Part shown: piece after piece, positions 30,973 to 40,847 of the stretch
Layout: each line of letters begins with the position of its first letter
Numbering within the stretch: position 1 is the first letter of the stretch
The notes under the pieces: model-generated
Database searches by the model: none
What the model was told of the DNA's origin: nothing
The model's input: only the letters and a program-made list of their open reading frames with translations
Made by a program: the position numbers and the translations under genes
Virus record (IMG/VR): IMGVR_UViG_3300046804_003679
Coordinates: 1 to 46,320 of that record
DNA from: a virus
Lineage: Duplodnaviria > Caudoviricetes
Reading direction: 5' to 3' (one strand)
Length of the DNA stretch: 46,320 nt

Positions 30973-31890
30973 TTAAACACCTTGTGTACCATAGATGTTA
31001 CGTGCATCATGCCAGCCCGTTGCGTAACGCTCGGTTGCCTTATAACGCATGCTGTCAGTTTCAAAATCGCCCTCCATAGATTTCTCCATGGGGCGACGCA
31101 TTACTAACATCAAGCCATTCTCAGCATCGGTCTGTACCCACCATGCCTTGCTGGAGCTCAAACGGGTTACAACGTGTGTACCCTTTGGTAGCATGCCAGT
31201 AGACTTGATTGGGTTGAGATCGTTGTCAGCGGTACCAGAACGGAGAACCGACTTCAGAATTACTTCTGCTTGGAACTCGAGTGCTGGAGGTACAATTAAC
31301 TGCTCAGCGCGCAAGCGGATACGCTTACCGTTGTTGTCGATTGCAGAACGGATCTGAATGAGCATTTGCTCAACAGAAGTCTGCGACAAAGCGGCAGGAG
31401 TTGTCAACTTGTTGCTGTATGTCAAGCCGTTAGCTACAGGGTGAGCTGTGTTAACCAACGTTACGCCGTCACCACCGGTATAACCGGCTGTAAATGCGAA
31501 GTTGAGTAAGTTAGCGCACAATGTCTCTTTGGTCTCAATCATGGACTGAGCCAAGTGCTTGGCGAAAGTGCTGCCGATACGGATGTGATCACCGTCTTCC
31601 ATCAACACTTTGGTTAAAGCATATGCCAAACCATAGATTTGATAGATGAAACGGGTGATGTACAGCGTACCACCTTGGTCATAGCTGACTGGGGTGCCGT
31701 CAGGCATCGCAGGAGCAGCATTCATACCGAAGAGCATTACTTCTTCATGATAATTACGTGGAATACCTTGGATCTGCTCTACAAATCCTTTCCACTCGTC
31801 AGCGCGTTGTTCATAAACGCCATCAAAGACTTCGTTGATAATCGGCTCGACTACCGCACGAAAGTCTGTACTGCGCATTGGGGTTGCCAT
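30973..31890 (-). CDS. Major capsid protein (HK97 fold)
   Basis: 305 aa; GGDGVTL...HP, LIVPPALEF.A..IL.S, NDLNP, GDFETDSMRYKATERY..GW.D.R; followed by terminator. Confidence 0.85.
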   Translation of the reverse strand: MATPMRSTDFRAVVEPIINEVFDGVYEQRADEWKGFVEQIQGIPRNYHEEVMLFGMNAAPAMPDGTPVSYDQGGTLYITRFIYQIYGLAYALTKVLMEDGDHIRIGSTFAKHLAQSMIETKETLCANLLNFAFTAGYTGGDGVTLVNTAHPVANGLTYSNKLTTPAALSQTSVEQMLIQIRSAIDNNGKRIRLRAEQLIVPPALEFQAEVILKSVLRSGTADNDLNPIKSTGMLPKGTHVVTRLSSSKAWWVQTDAENGLMLVMRRPMEKSMEGDFETDSMRYKATERYATGWHDARNIYGTQGV

Positions 31891-31913
31891 TTGCTAGTTC
31901 CTTTCGTTAAATG

Positions 31914-32585
31914 TTAGACCGAAGCCTTAGGCGCTACAAACGTGTTGTTAGCGATCTGTACTTGCACAATCGTTTTGGCATCGCCCCAAGCGTTTGTTTC
32001 GCCGGGTGGGTATGCTGCCTCACGTCCTAAACCAATCACACGTACTTGACCTTGTACGGTAGTAGCTACTGCGGTAGCTGCTAAAGCGCAGGTTGAGAAA
32101 CCAGCGCCACCGTTACCAATGGAGGTACCAGAGGTGGGATTGTTTGTTGCATCAAAGTCATACTGAGCACCGATAGAAGATGCGTCAATAGAACCGCTAG
32201 ATTGCGCTTCGTAAACCATAGCTGGATCAGTCCAGATCCAGAATACGATTTGTGTGTAGGAATCTAATTGAGTCTTAGATGCCCATTTAGCTACAGAGCG
32301 ACGACCTTGGGAGTCAGTGAACTCTACGCCATCAAATACGCCGTAAATTGTACCAGCAGATTCTCCGGTAGCAGAAGTTGCGGCAATAGTCAATTGGTTT
32401 GAGGCATTTAGACCAACAGGCTGATATTGATAGAATGCTTGGCCCGCACTCAAAGAGTAGGGAGCATTATAGCTATTATCAGTAGCAGCTTGGAATGAGT
32501 TTGTACCCACAAATGCAGTGGCACGATCCAAACCGCTAGGATGGTATGCAGGCTTCAGACCAAAGGGTTTAAATGTGGTTGCCAT
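31914..32585 (-). CDS. Putative capsid cement/minor capsid protein
   Basis: 223 aa; PFGLKP, GVFDGVEFTD, DP..VYEAQ; directly upstream of MCP. Confidence 0.6.
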   Translation of the reverse strand: MATTFKPFGLKPAYHPSGLDRATAFVGTNSFQAATDNSYNAPYSLSAGQAFYQYQPVGLNASNQLTIAATSATGESAGTIYGVFDGVEFTDSQGRRSVAKWASKTQLDSYTQIVFWIWTDPAMVYEAQSSGSIDASSIGAQYDFDATNNPTSGTSIGNGGAGFSTCALAATAVATTVQGQVRVIGLGREAAYPPGETNAWGDAKTIVQVQIANNTFVAPKASV

Positions 32586-32617
32586 TTAATGTTTTCCTTT
32601 GTTAATATTGAAGTATG

Positions 32618-33172
32618 TTATTGGAAGCGAACATTACTGTTTGCTTTTGCGGCCTCTTTTTCCATTTCCAAAATACCACCTTCAAGAATTGATCTACCAC
32701 CTTTGCCGTCCTGAGCAGTGCTCCGAACGTTTGCAGTAATATTTCGCTGATGCTCAAGGGGATCCTCGAGGTGCATCATACGCATCACTTCTTGATAGAT
32801 TTCTTCTGGTAACTTGAAGAGAACCATCTCGTTACAACTAACACAGCCTTCAAACTTGCCCGAGCTCATCTTACCAAGTGCTTCAAAGCCTTTTCCTAAT
32901 TCAGCGGCTTTCACTGGCTCATAACCCAATGCCATACGTTTGTCGATACTGTCATAATTATTTGTGGTGGATAACCAGCACAAATGGAATCCAGGGATTG
33001 CTCCAGCTGGAATATCGGGCAGTGCGCTATTCTGCCATTTGTCTCTGAACGCCTCTGCACGTTCGCGCCGTGATTTTGCTTCCGGATCTTGTTCTGCCAT
33101 CCGGTCTTTAACTTCTTCGACTCGATCTACTAAACGATCTTCTAAGTCGCGTTTAATTCTTGTATTTGCCAT
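32618..33172 (-). CDS. Hypothetical head-module protein
   Basis: 184 aa; PGFHLCWLS, GYEPV, MVLFKLP; between scaffold and capsid genes. Confidence 0.6.
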   Translation of the reverse strand: MANTRIKRDLEDRLVDRVEEVKDRMAEQDPEAKSRRERAEAFRDKWQNSALPDIPAGAIPGFHLCWLSTTNNYDSIDKRMALGYEPVKAAELGKGFEALGKMSSGKFEGCVSCNEMVLFKLPEEIYQEVMRMMHLEDPLEHQRNITANVRSTAQDGKGGRSILEGGILEMEKEAAKANSNVRFQ

Positions 33173-33177
33173 GATAA

Positions 33178-34176
33178 TTATCCTTTATTTGCACGATCAT
33201 ACGCAGCATACGCGCGGATCATTTTATTACGTCTCTCAACATCGTCCCATGCGCCAGCATCTTTAATCGCCTGAACACGATCACGACTTAGCGTGATAGT
33301 TCCGGGTTTTACTGTTGCTGTATTAGCCACTCGGCTTGAGGCTGTTGGGCCTGCACGACGAGTTTGCTGTCCGCCTCTTGATGTGTAGCGGTGTGGTAAA
33401 CGTGCCGATAAACGATTGTCTAACTCTTCCCAATACTCAGGATCACTTGGATCCCAGCCATCGGCTGCGAGTTCTTGATCAATTACCTTGGCAATTCTAC
33501 TATCTGTATCTCGAGCCTGCGGATCGTACCAAGAGTTTTTCTTTAACCACTGCGTTGCATTGCGTTGTACTTCTTCGGCAATCGGGGTTGGTACGTTTTG
33601 CTTTGGAGCTTTTGCTTGCTCGAGCTGTTGTTTTTTATAAAATTGAGCTTGTTGCAAACGCTGTTTTGCGTCTGTTAACTGCTCTAAATACTCTACTTGT
33701 GCTGCGGCATCATTCTCTTGCGCGGCTTGTAGCATTTTCATCTTAGCATACTCTACACGAGTTGCTTCGTCTTCAATTGCTTTATCAATCTGCGCAAATT
33801 GATATGATGCAGCGGTATTCTCTAGTTTAGCTAAACGCTCTGCTAGTTCAGCGTTTCGACGTTCTAACGCGCTAATTTTATTTCGCGCCGTCATGTCTTT
33901 TTGTTTAGCTAATTCTTTTTTAAGCCTGCGCTCTTCGCGTCTGGCTTGACGAATCGCCTCGCGATCTTCTTCTGTCTCTTGATCGTCATCGTCTTGCTCG
34001 TCGGCTTGGGCTTCTACTTCGCCGCCTTCTGCAAGCTCTTCAGGCTCTTCTTCTTTAGTCTCTTGTTTTGGTTCTTCTGTCTCTACAAACGGGTCTTCCA
34101 TTTGCTCCAGAGCGACTAACGCAGAACCGTCGTCCTGTTCTTTTACAGGAATGTCTTTGTTTTCATTTTCTGCCAT
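33178..34176 (-). CDS. Putative scaffolding protein
   Basis: 332 aa; acidic N-terminus, long coiled coil, W..KNSWY, YWEELD.RL; position between portal and MCP. Confidence 0.65.
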   Translation of the reverse strand: MAENENKDIPVKEQDDGSALVALEQMEDPFVETEEPKQETKEEEPEELAEGGEVEAQADEQDDDDQETEEDREAIRQARREERRLKKELAKQKDMTARNKISALERRNAELAERLAKLENTAASYQFAQIDKAIEDEATRVEYAKMKMLQAAQENDAAAQVEYLEQLTDAKQRLQQAQFYKKQQLEQAKAPKQNVPTPIAEEVQRNATQWLKKNSWYDPQARDTDSRIAKVIDQELAADGWDPSDPEYWEELDNRLSARLPHRYTSRGGQQTRRAGPTASSRVANTATVKPGTITLSRDRVQAIKDAGAWDDVERRNKMIRAYAAYDRANKG

Positions 34177-34191
34177 AATTTTCTTTCAAAA

Positions 34192-34632
34192 TTAATCTAC
34201 AAACGCCTTCATCTTCTGCGCATACTCAAACGACTTGATGCGAGAAATGATTTCACGTGCCTGGATGGTGATAAACACAATCGGTGCTCCATCATCATCA
34301 GGATTTACAACAAAACGGTCACCACCGTACTTGATTGTTCTAACCAAATCGCCAACTTTACACCAGGGGCCTTCAATCCAAGGCTCTAAGGTATCCGGCG
34401 ATTTATATGCTAGAGGGCCAATCTGGCGTACTTTAGCTACGGTCTCGTTGAAACGTAACGTCTGTCGGGTCTCATCAACTAAAATGATTCCGCCCTTACT
34501 TTTAGCCTTCTCGCGTCGTAGTTGCACTAAAACACGGTCTCCGGCTACTTCAATACCTGGATCAACGTCTGGAAAACACTCTTCCTCTGAGCGTAGATCT
34601 GGGTCTTCTTTTTGTGATACATCAAATGCCAT
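34192..34632 (-). CDS. groES: GroES/Cpn10-like co-chaperonin
   Basis: GDRVLV...KSKGGIIL, VRQIGP, KVGDLV...KYGG. Confidence 0.85.
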   Translation of the reverse strand: MAFDVSQKEDPDLRSEEECFPDVDPGIEVAGDRVLVQLRREKAKSKGGIILVDETRQTLRFNETVAKVRQIGPLAYKSPDTLEPWIEGPWCKVGDLVRTIKYGGDRFVVNPDDDGAPIVFITIQAREIISRIKSFEYAQKMKAFVD

Positions 34633-34654
34633 CCGGCATCTCCTTTCTTGAATC

Positions 34655-34849
34655 TTACGACTCGTCTTCTTCGTCTTCCGTTAAAATCTCATTAATAATA
34701 TCCAACGTAATCTTAAAACCCTCGTATCGGCCTACCAATCGCTGGTAATCTTCAAACGAGTTTACGTTAGTTCCTGCGGTAACGGATTCCGCTAGTGATT
34801 TTTGCTCAGTCTTTACACGACCGATAATTTCAGAAATAAAATCCTTCAT
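34655..34849 (-). CDS. Hypothetical protein
   Basis: 64 aa, FEDYQRLVGRYEG; directly downstream of late promoter. Confidence 0.7.
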   Translation of the reverse strand: MKDFISEIIGRVKTEQKSLAESVTAGTNVNSFEDYQRLVGRYEGFKITLDIINEILTEDEEDES

Positions 34850-34854
34850 AATCT

Positions 34855-34885
34855 CACTAATGCAAGGTTACAAAGAAATCCGCCC
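34855..34885 (-). promoter_or_regulatory. Putative phage late promoter GGGCG-N16-TGCATTAGTG
   Basis: Bipartite motif, 16-nt spacer, one mismatch. Confidence 0.7.
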
Positions 34886-34890
34886 TAAAA

Positions 34891-35109
34891 TTAATAAAAA
34901 TTGCCGCCTTCGATATCCTTGAGGTTTTTACCTGGGCCAATTGCCTTGGCATTTTTTAATCTGCCCTGGGCTGCGCCTTTTTTCCAGTTGTTATCGCGGT
35001 GGCTGCCGGAAGAGCCGGCGTCGATGTTTTTGTCGCCAGGGCCGCCGCCGCTAGATAAGTGGCCAGTCTCCTGGTAAATTTGACGAAAGCCTTTTAAATT
35101 TTCGGCCAT
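34891..35109 (-). CDS. Small Gly/Lys-rich hypothetical protein
   Basis: 72 aa, AGGAG RBS, follows portal. Confidence 0.6.
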   Translation of the reverse strand: MAENLKGFRQIYQETGHLSSGGGPGDKNIDAGSSGSHRDNNWKKGAAQGRLKNAKAIGPGKNLKDIEGGNFY

Positions 35110-35110
35110 G

Positions 35111-37858
35111 TTATACTCCTGTGGTGGGGTTTGGTTGTAATGCTGCCTGTACTGCCTGTTTTGCTACGTCAGCCTCGTTTAAAAAGTGCTGTTTTTCTAT
35201 CTCAATACCATGCTGGCGAATATCACGCTCGGCCTCGTTGACTGCCTGGATACCCAACATCGCCTGCTCTTGTGCCAGTGCCATTTCCTGTTGTGTCAGA
35301 CCTGCATGTGCCTGCATTGCCGCCACGCGCTCGCGTGACGAGTTATTCATACTGTTAATCGCGATATTGGTCGAATTTTTCTGGTTGTCCAGTTCAGTTT
35401 GGACTTGGTATTTACTCTGCAGTTCTAATACTTTGCGCTGTAACTCGGCAATCTTGAGCTCATAATCTTGCTGGGATTTAGCCTGGTCCATCTGCATGCG
35501 CATCTCAGCCTCTTGTTGTTTGCGCTGTGTTTCTGCCAACTGAGTCTTGAGCAGTACCTGAGCGGTCGGATCGGCTGCTGACATTTTTTCCATCTGCGCC
35601 TGCTGCGCCTGCGCCACTTTTTGTGCCAGTGCCTGAATTTGTTGTACATATGGCTGCAGCGTCATCTGTGCATCTTGGCCAACCATCTGTGATGCTAACG
35701 CAAGCGCCTGTTGTGCCTCTAAATCAAGTGGTTTCTCTTGGTGCAGCTCTAGTGCATCTTTACCGCCCGAAGCCTGCGCCACATACGCGCGCATGGACTG
35801 CAGATAGTGCAGCGTTAAGTGCTGCTTGATGTGCTCTAAAGCGTTTGGTGCAAATGTTGGTCCAATCACTGGATTGCCACCATACGCAGGGTTCATCGCA
35901 TACTCTAAATGGATCTTGATATGACTGATGTGGTCTTGGTCTGGGTATGCTGCGGCAGGACGTCCCATAGTCATGGCGACGTTTTCTAACGCAGGATTGG
36001 ATTCTTTTGCACCTAACGGGTTTGGTAGTATCTCATCTACCGAGGGCACTTTTAATTGGTTTAATACACGACGATACACCGCGCGGATGTCAAACATTCC
36101 AGGGGGTGCTGAGGCAGCCATTTGTAGTAGCGCCTGGTTCTGAGCCAAACGTTGTGTCTCAGAAAAAATATTGGGGTCTGATACTGGGCGTACGTCGTTG
36201 TTGTATGAGAAGTCACGAACTTCAATTGCCTCACCAGACTGGTTGTCCATGTCCGACAAATACCAGTGATTAATACGCGAGATAATCGCCAGTGATTTAG
36301 CCTGGCTGCGATGTAGACGTGCGTGAATGCTGGAGAATACTTTGGCGCCTTGTTCGATTAGAGCCTGGGCCGTACCAACCGGCATGTTGTTGTTTGCCTC
36401 GCCAATCTTTTCTTCCGCGGTCGTTACAACACCTTTTGCTGCGGTTGTCAACCATCCAAGCAGATTGTATAGGACTGATGACGGCTGATTAAACGGCATC
36501 GGCATCGCAATTTTGCGAACATCATCAACGCCAGGTGCTCCTTCGATCTCTACAACTTGCGTAGGCTCGATGCGATCGCTTTGTCCACCAATTCGGCCAC
36601 CCTTGAGTTTAAGTAGCGTCTGAGAATTATTAATATGCGCCGCATCCAAGAGAGCGCGTAGAGCACCAGTGAGAGCAGCGCTAAGACCACCAATAAGATG
36701 GGGAAGGCCAATAGCATAAGCGCCACGCCAAGGAATAAACTTGAACTCGACATACCAGTCGAGCTTCTCCAGTTTCTCATCGTTTGCCTCCCAGTTGCGA
36801 TACAGCCCCAATACTTTGCTGCTCGACTCATCGATCATCAAAATGTAAGGGGCGCGCTGACCACCAGTTTGGTCATCGTCATCTAAGCGTATAAAACATG
36901 TGATCTCATAAACACGACGCAATCCGTCAATGTTTTTCGACGGCATGTCTTTGCCTTCGATTTTGTTGTTGGCTTTTTCAGATTGTGTCTGATCGTTTAG
37001 TGGTGCGTCTGAAGAGTACGCGCTGTCAATGTCGCGGTAGATACCGGCCTCAACACGCTGCAAGAATGTGTCTTCGGTAATGTCTTGTACTTCAGTGACA
37101 CGCTGCGCTGTGTAGAAGTTAGTCGATGCGTATGGCAGCAAGATGTTATCAATCGCGACCCACTCGCAGGTAGGTCTACGCTGCTCGTCATCCCAGCGCC
37201 ATTTTAAGAATTGCGAACCACCCAATGGTAACTGAGTAAGCAGTTGCTCCATCTCGTCGCGGTATTCTGCTACTTGCTCGGTGAGCTGCCAGTTAAGGAA
37301 GTTAACCTTACGATCCGCTGTCTCTTCTTTTAATCGGTCTGCTTCGCCTTTGATGTTCGACTTAACAAGTCCGTCAGAAGGCAATAGCTCTTTAGAAGCA
37401 GACGCTGCGAAATCGACACAAGCCTCCGCCATAACCGGGTGCACAACTTTAGAGGCCCCGTCAAACGTCGCCCCTCCCGGTGCATCTTTTCCAAGCCCAG
37501 TTCTACGCAGTCCTTCTTCATACTGTTTGTCTCGTTGTTTTCTTGATTCTTTATCGACATCAATAAAGTCTAAGTATTCTTGTGCTAACATATCTAGCAC
37601 ACCCTCGTCCATTTCTTCTGCCAAGTTGGCATAGAACTCGGGGTTCTTACGTGGGCTCTGTTTTTCTTGGTAGTTGATAACTACCGAGCCATCTTCTAGC
37701 TCAATGACTTCCTCTTCTACGTCACCTGGCTCTAAACCAAGGGCCTCTTCGTAGTAGTCCATCTCCGCATCTTGCGCGGCCGCCTCTTCAATATTTTGCT
37801 CGTTCTCTAAACCAGGAAGGTTAGCGCCGGTTTGAATGGGTAGTATTGGATTTGCCAT
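35111..37858 (-). CDS. Portal protein
   Basis: 915 aa after terL; GASKVVHP.MAEACVDF, PVGT..ALIEQG.KV.S.IH.RLH, long Gln-rich barrel-like C-terminus. Confidence 0.85.
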   Translation of the reverse strand: MANPILPIQTGANLPGLENEQNIEEAAAQDAEMDYYEEALGLEPGDVEEEVIELEDGSVVINYQEKQSPRKNPEFYANLAEEMDEGVLDMLAQEYLDFIDVDKESRKQRDKQYEEGLRRTGLGKDAPGGATFDGASKVVHPVMAEACVDFAASASKELLPSDGLVKSNIKGEADRLKEETADRKVNFLNWQLTEQVAEYRDEMEQLLTQLPLGGSQFLKWRWDDEQRRPTCEWVAIDNILLPYASTNFYTAQRVTEVQDITEDTFLQRVEAGIYRDIDSAYSSDAPLNDQTQSEKANNKIEGKDMPSKNIDGLRRVYEITCFIRLDDDDQTGGQRAPYILMIDESSSKVLGLYRNWEANDEKLEKLDWYVEFKFIPWRGAYAIGLPHLIGGLSAALTGALRALLDAAHINNSQTLLKLKGGRIGGQSDRIEPTQVVEIEGAPGVDDVRKIAMPMPFNQPSSVLYNLLGWLTTAAKGVVTTAEEKIGEANNNMPVGTAQALIEQGAKVFSSIHARLHRSQAKSLAIISRINHWYLSDMDNQSGEAIEVRDFSYNNDVRPVSDPNIFSETQRLAQNQALLQMAASAPPGMFDIRAVYRRVLNQLKVPSVDEILPNPLGAKESNPALENVAMTMGRPAAAYPDQDHISHIKIHLEYAMNPAYGGNPVIGPTFAPNALEHIKQHLTLHYLQSMRAYVAQASGGKDALELHQEKPLDLEAQQALALASQMVGQDAQMTLQPYVQQIQALAQKVAQAQQAQMEKMSAADPTAQVLLKTQLAETQRKQQEAEMRMQMDQAKSQQDYELKIAELQRKVLELQSKYQVQTELDNQKNSTNIAINSMNNSSRERVAAMQAHAGLTQQEMALAQEQAMLGIQAVNEAERDIRQHGIEIEKQHFLNEADVAKQAVQAALQPNPTTGV

Positions 37859-38361
37859 TATCTCATGTCTTGTGGTTTTAAACGCATGGGTAGTACACTA
37901 CCAGGTACGCGCTCTTCGTAATACTCGTCTAGTGTCCCCCTACCCAGCTCGGACGGCATCAAACCAAAAAGCAACGCCTGTAGCGGTCCAGGTAAAAATC
38001 CACTAGCAATTAATCCGGCCGTTCCAGCGGCCTCTCCGTATTTTCCTTGTTTTGCATCTTGCGCCGCCTGTACAATATCAGGGGCTAACATTCCAGTAAG
38101 AAGCCCCGGCACAATCATTTTCTTCGCAAAACTTTTTGGCTGGCCGCCGGTATTCATCCGCTGTGGTTGGTACCCTGCAGCGATTAGTGCGGCCAACATA
38201 TCCTGCACGCTCATTGTCGTGCTGCCACCACCAGCAAACTTGCGTGTTACGCCAGACTCCTCCAACAAAAGCTGCTGGGGTGTCTTTAGCAGACCGGGTG
38301 AGGCCGGTGTCATGCCTGCCTCTTCCAATAGTTTTTGTTGGGGGGTTTTAAGGATGTCCAT
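37858..38361 (-). CDS. Hypothetical protein with xxxGG motifs
   Basis: 167 aa; duplicated LKTPQQxLLEExG; FAGGG and MNTGG; own late promoter. Confidence 0.65.
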   Translation of the reverse strand: MDILKTPQQKLLEEAGMTPASPGLLKTPQQLLLEESGVTRKFAGGGSTTMSVQDMLAALIAAGYQPQRMNTGGQPKSFAKKMIVPGLLTGMLAPDIVQAAQDAKQGKYGEAAGTAGLIASGFLPGPLQALLFGLMPSELGRGTLDEYYEERVPGSVLPMRLKPQDMR

Positions 38362-38388
38362 GTTGAAGGGGGTGGTTATTCCTATTTA

Positions 38389-38419
38389 TACTAATGCACA
38401 AATACTAAAAGATCCGCCC
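38389..38419 (-). promoter_or_regulatory. Putative phage late promoter GGGCG-N16-TGCATTAGTA
   Basis: Exact bipartite motif, 16-nt spacer, upstream of portal operon. Confidence 0.75.
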
Positions 38420-39864
38420 TACTGGGCGTAAGGGTTAGCAAATCGTTTACTTAGGTCGTCATCTGCGTAACTATAATCTCGAGCTGGTAGCGGGTCGAGT
38501 TGGATCCATCCAGAATCACGAAGAACGCGCAGGGCCTGGGAGAGCGAGTCGACGTAGTCATCGTGCCCGCCAGCCTCTGGAAAAGAACATACTTGACGCA
38601 GAAATCGTTTTGCCCAGTCTGCATATTCCCCTTTACGTTGTGGTTCCTCTGGTATCCAGACCTTACCCTTGGCCACGATGGGCGCGACGATGTTAAGTCG
38701 CTGTACCTTATCGGCACGGCCGGGGTTATATCCGCGCACGGGCACTCCCGCGCCCTGAAGCTCTTGTATAAGACTGATACCCGCCGATTTGTCTTCCATC
38801 AATAGCAGGTCCGCTTTACGCCCCTTACCAAAGTCGTTATCCGCACCGTAGACGACCTCCTTAAAGTCGTTAATCACTTTTCTGCGCAGCTCTGGGTACG
38901 ACAGGTGCTCGTCCCAGGCGTCTAACAAAATGACTGCGGTGCCTGAGTCTTGGTTTTCAAACACGCCCCAGACCGTACACGCGGTGGGGTCGTTCATTGT
39001 CTTCTCGCTGGTGGCTGGATCGTACGAGGCGATCACGTACTCCAGGGTCGGCGTTGGTTTATTCGCTGGCCAGATCCTAAACTGTTTGCGCTTGATGATA
39101 CCCGCCTGCTCGGGGTCGAGGATCTCACCATAGATCTCCTGACGACCCATGTCGGTGCCGTCGTACGTCTCAAGCTGTTTGAAGAATGTCTCTGAGAGGT
39201 TGGCCCGGTTGTCATACGACGAGGCGTTAGATACGTACACGTCCCCACCAATCTTACCCTCGTTTAAGTCTACAATTAATTCTTTTGGTTTGGGGGTGGT
39301 GGTAATAATCTGTTGCACGCGAGGAATCCGTGGGTCCCGTAGACGGAGCGTAAACTGTACTCCATCGTAGGCCTCGTCGATGTAATCAAACGCACACAGC
39401 TCATCGAACCAAGCCCCATGGTATTGCTTACCGCGGTAGCGTTCTGGTTCAGAAGCGGGAATCCCCTGGATGAGAGACCCGTTGATAAGGGTAATCTCAA
39501 AGAGGGACTTGTTGTAATCGCGGATGAGTGCCGGGGGAATGATATTAAGAAGTCCGGAGTCTCCCTCAAAACAAGTTGCACGGATATCGTTTGAGGTGGG
39601 AGCGGTGACGAGCCAGCGAGTGTTGTCATAAACCCAAGCACGAATGCCAATCCAATGACTAGCCGTGTGCGTCTTCCCCGATCCTCGGCCAGCCAGCATA
39701 AGAAACGTATCATACTCTCCATCTTCCGGTTCACGTTGGTGTGGTAGTGCCTGTAGATGCCAGCGTACCTGCCAGATGGCTGCTTCTAACTGTTCCTTAG
39801 GCCAGTGTTTGTTATCGTTTGCAAACTTTTTTAAAGTTAGCTCTTGTTTTGGTGTTAACGGCAT
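38419..39864 (-). CDS. terL: Terminase large subunit
   Basis: Walker A AGRGSGKT, Walker B AWFDE, ITTTP, nuclease SYDPA ... HDDYVDS. Confidence 0.95.
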   Translation of the reverse strand: MPLTPKQELTLKKFANDNKHWPKEQLEAAIWQVRWHLQALPHQREPEDGEYDTFLMLAGRGSGKTHTASHWIGIRAWVYDNTRWLVTAPTSNDIRATCFEGDSGLLNIIPPALIRDYNKSLFEITLINGSLIQGIPASEPERYRGKQYHGAWFDELCAFDYIDEAYDGVQFTLRLRDPRIPRVQQIITTTPKPKELIVDLNEGKIGGDVYVSNASSYDNRANLSETFFKQLETYDGTDMGRQEIYGEILDPEQAGIIKRKQFRIWPANKPTPTLEYVIASYDPATSEKTMNDPTACTVWGVFENQDSGTAVILLDAWDEHLSYPELRRKVINDFKEVVYGADNDFGKGRKADLLLMEDKSAGISLIQELQGAGVPVRGYNPGRADKVQRLNIVAPIVAKGKVWIPEEPQRKGEYADWAKRFLRQVCSFPEAGGHDDYVDSLSQALRVLRDSGWIQLDPLPARDYSYADDDLSKRFANPYAQ

Positions 39865-40847
39865 GAAATAAAACCCTCTCCTACGAGATAGCTGTTGTCG
39901 GGGCCATCCGTCTCAATGTGAATACACTGCTGCGGTGGCAGCGGCTCAATCTGTTTGATGTATCGTCTGCCAAGGTGCACCTTTACAGGCGGCGAGACTT
40001 GGTTTTCTAACAAATTAAGGCGCGATCTAAAAAATATGGTGTAATACTTCTTGGTTTCGTCATAATGCACCTTGGTCCGGTGCCCTAATGACTCGACGAT
40101 GTACTGAATCTGTTGAATCGTACTAAAATTCTGTGTCGTAATGCGAAATGTGTCCCGCGATTTGGAATACTGCCTTGACTTTGCACACAAAATCCCACGC
40201 AGCAGCTCTAGCCGCTGCTCTTTGCTCGATAAGATGTAGTTTGCCGGTATTTTTACCGGGATATTTGGCGCAAGCTGTGACTCAATCGTTGGGTACACAG
40301 AGAACATGTGCTGCCCGTTGTATGTTTTACTACCAAGTTCTATTTTGTAGCCGTGATCTTTGAATTTTTGCTCGATTAATTGGGTGTAATTGGGTATAAA
40401 CGTGTACTGTCTGTCCCTATTTTGATTAAAAAACCAAAAACCAAACAAAAACGGCGGGACTGGCAGGTCCTGGTGTGGTAATTCCAGGGGCCTGGCGGTG
40501 GGTATCGAGTACGCCAGCCGCTTGTGTTTTGTTTTTAGGGGCGCGGCGGTCAGTTCTTCCAGTGTTTTTATTGCTAGTGGACGTCTAAACTGGCGTTTTC
40601 CCTTGTACTCGTGGACTCTTTTGCGGTACTTTGGCGTCTCTACCAAAAAACTAAGCCGGCCATCGCCGGCCACGGACGTATAATCGTTGAGCTGCACCTC
40701 GTAGCATGCCTGTGCCTGGATCGTCTGTACCAATTTTACGCGGACTGGTTGACCATTGCGGTCAAACACGTAGTCACCCGGCTGGATTTTGTTTGCCGGT
40801 TTCCAATAGTCCAGGGTTAGGATCTTTTCGGTTGCTAGTATTGCCAT
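39855..40847 (-). CDS. Free-standing intein-like protein (Hint + LAGLIDADG-like), apparently inactive
   Basis: AILATEKILT..W....IQPGDYVFDRNGQPVRV, CYEV, LPVPPFLFGFW, RLELLRGIL, IVESLG, RYIKQIE...CIHIETD..SYLVGEGF; lacks terminal HN. Confidence 0.75.
   Translation of the reverse strand: MAILATEKILTLDYWKPANKIQPGDYVFDRNGQPVRVKLVQTIQAQACYEVQLNDYTSVAGDGRLSFLVETPKYRKRVHEYKGKRQFRRPLAIKTLEELTAAPLKTKHKRLAYSIPTARPLELPHQDLPVPPFLFGFWFFNQNRDRQYTFIPNYTQLIEQKFKDHGYKIELGSKTYNGQHMFSVYPTIESQLAPNIPVKIPANYILSSKEQRLELLRGILCAKSRQYSKSRDTFRITTQNFSTIQQIQYIVESLGHRTKVHYDETKKYYTIFFRSRLNLLENQVSPPVKVHLGRRYIKQIEPLPPQQCIHIETDGPDNSYLVGEGFISCR

Noticed and set aside
39855-39864. Intein as a frameshift-broken in-frame part of terL
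   Set aside because: TerL is complete with its own start and uninterrupted Walker A; restoring an R-N-T end by a 1-nt deletion does not enter the terL frame
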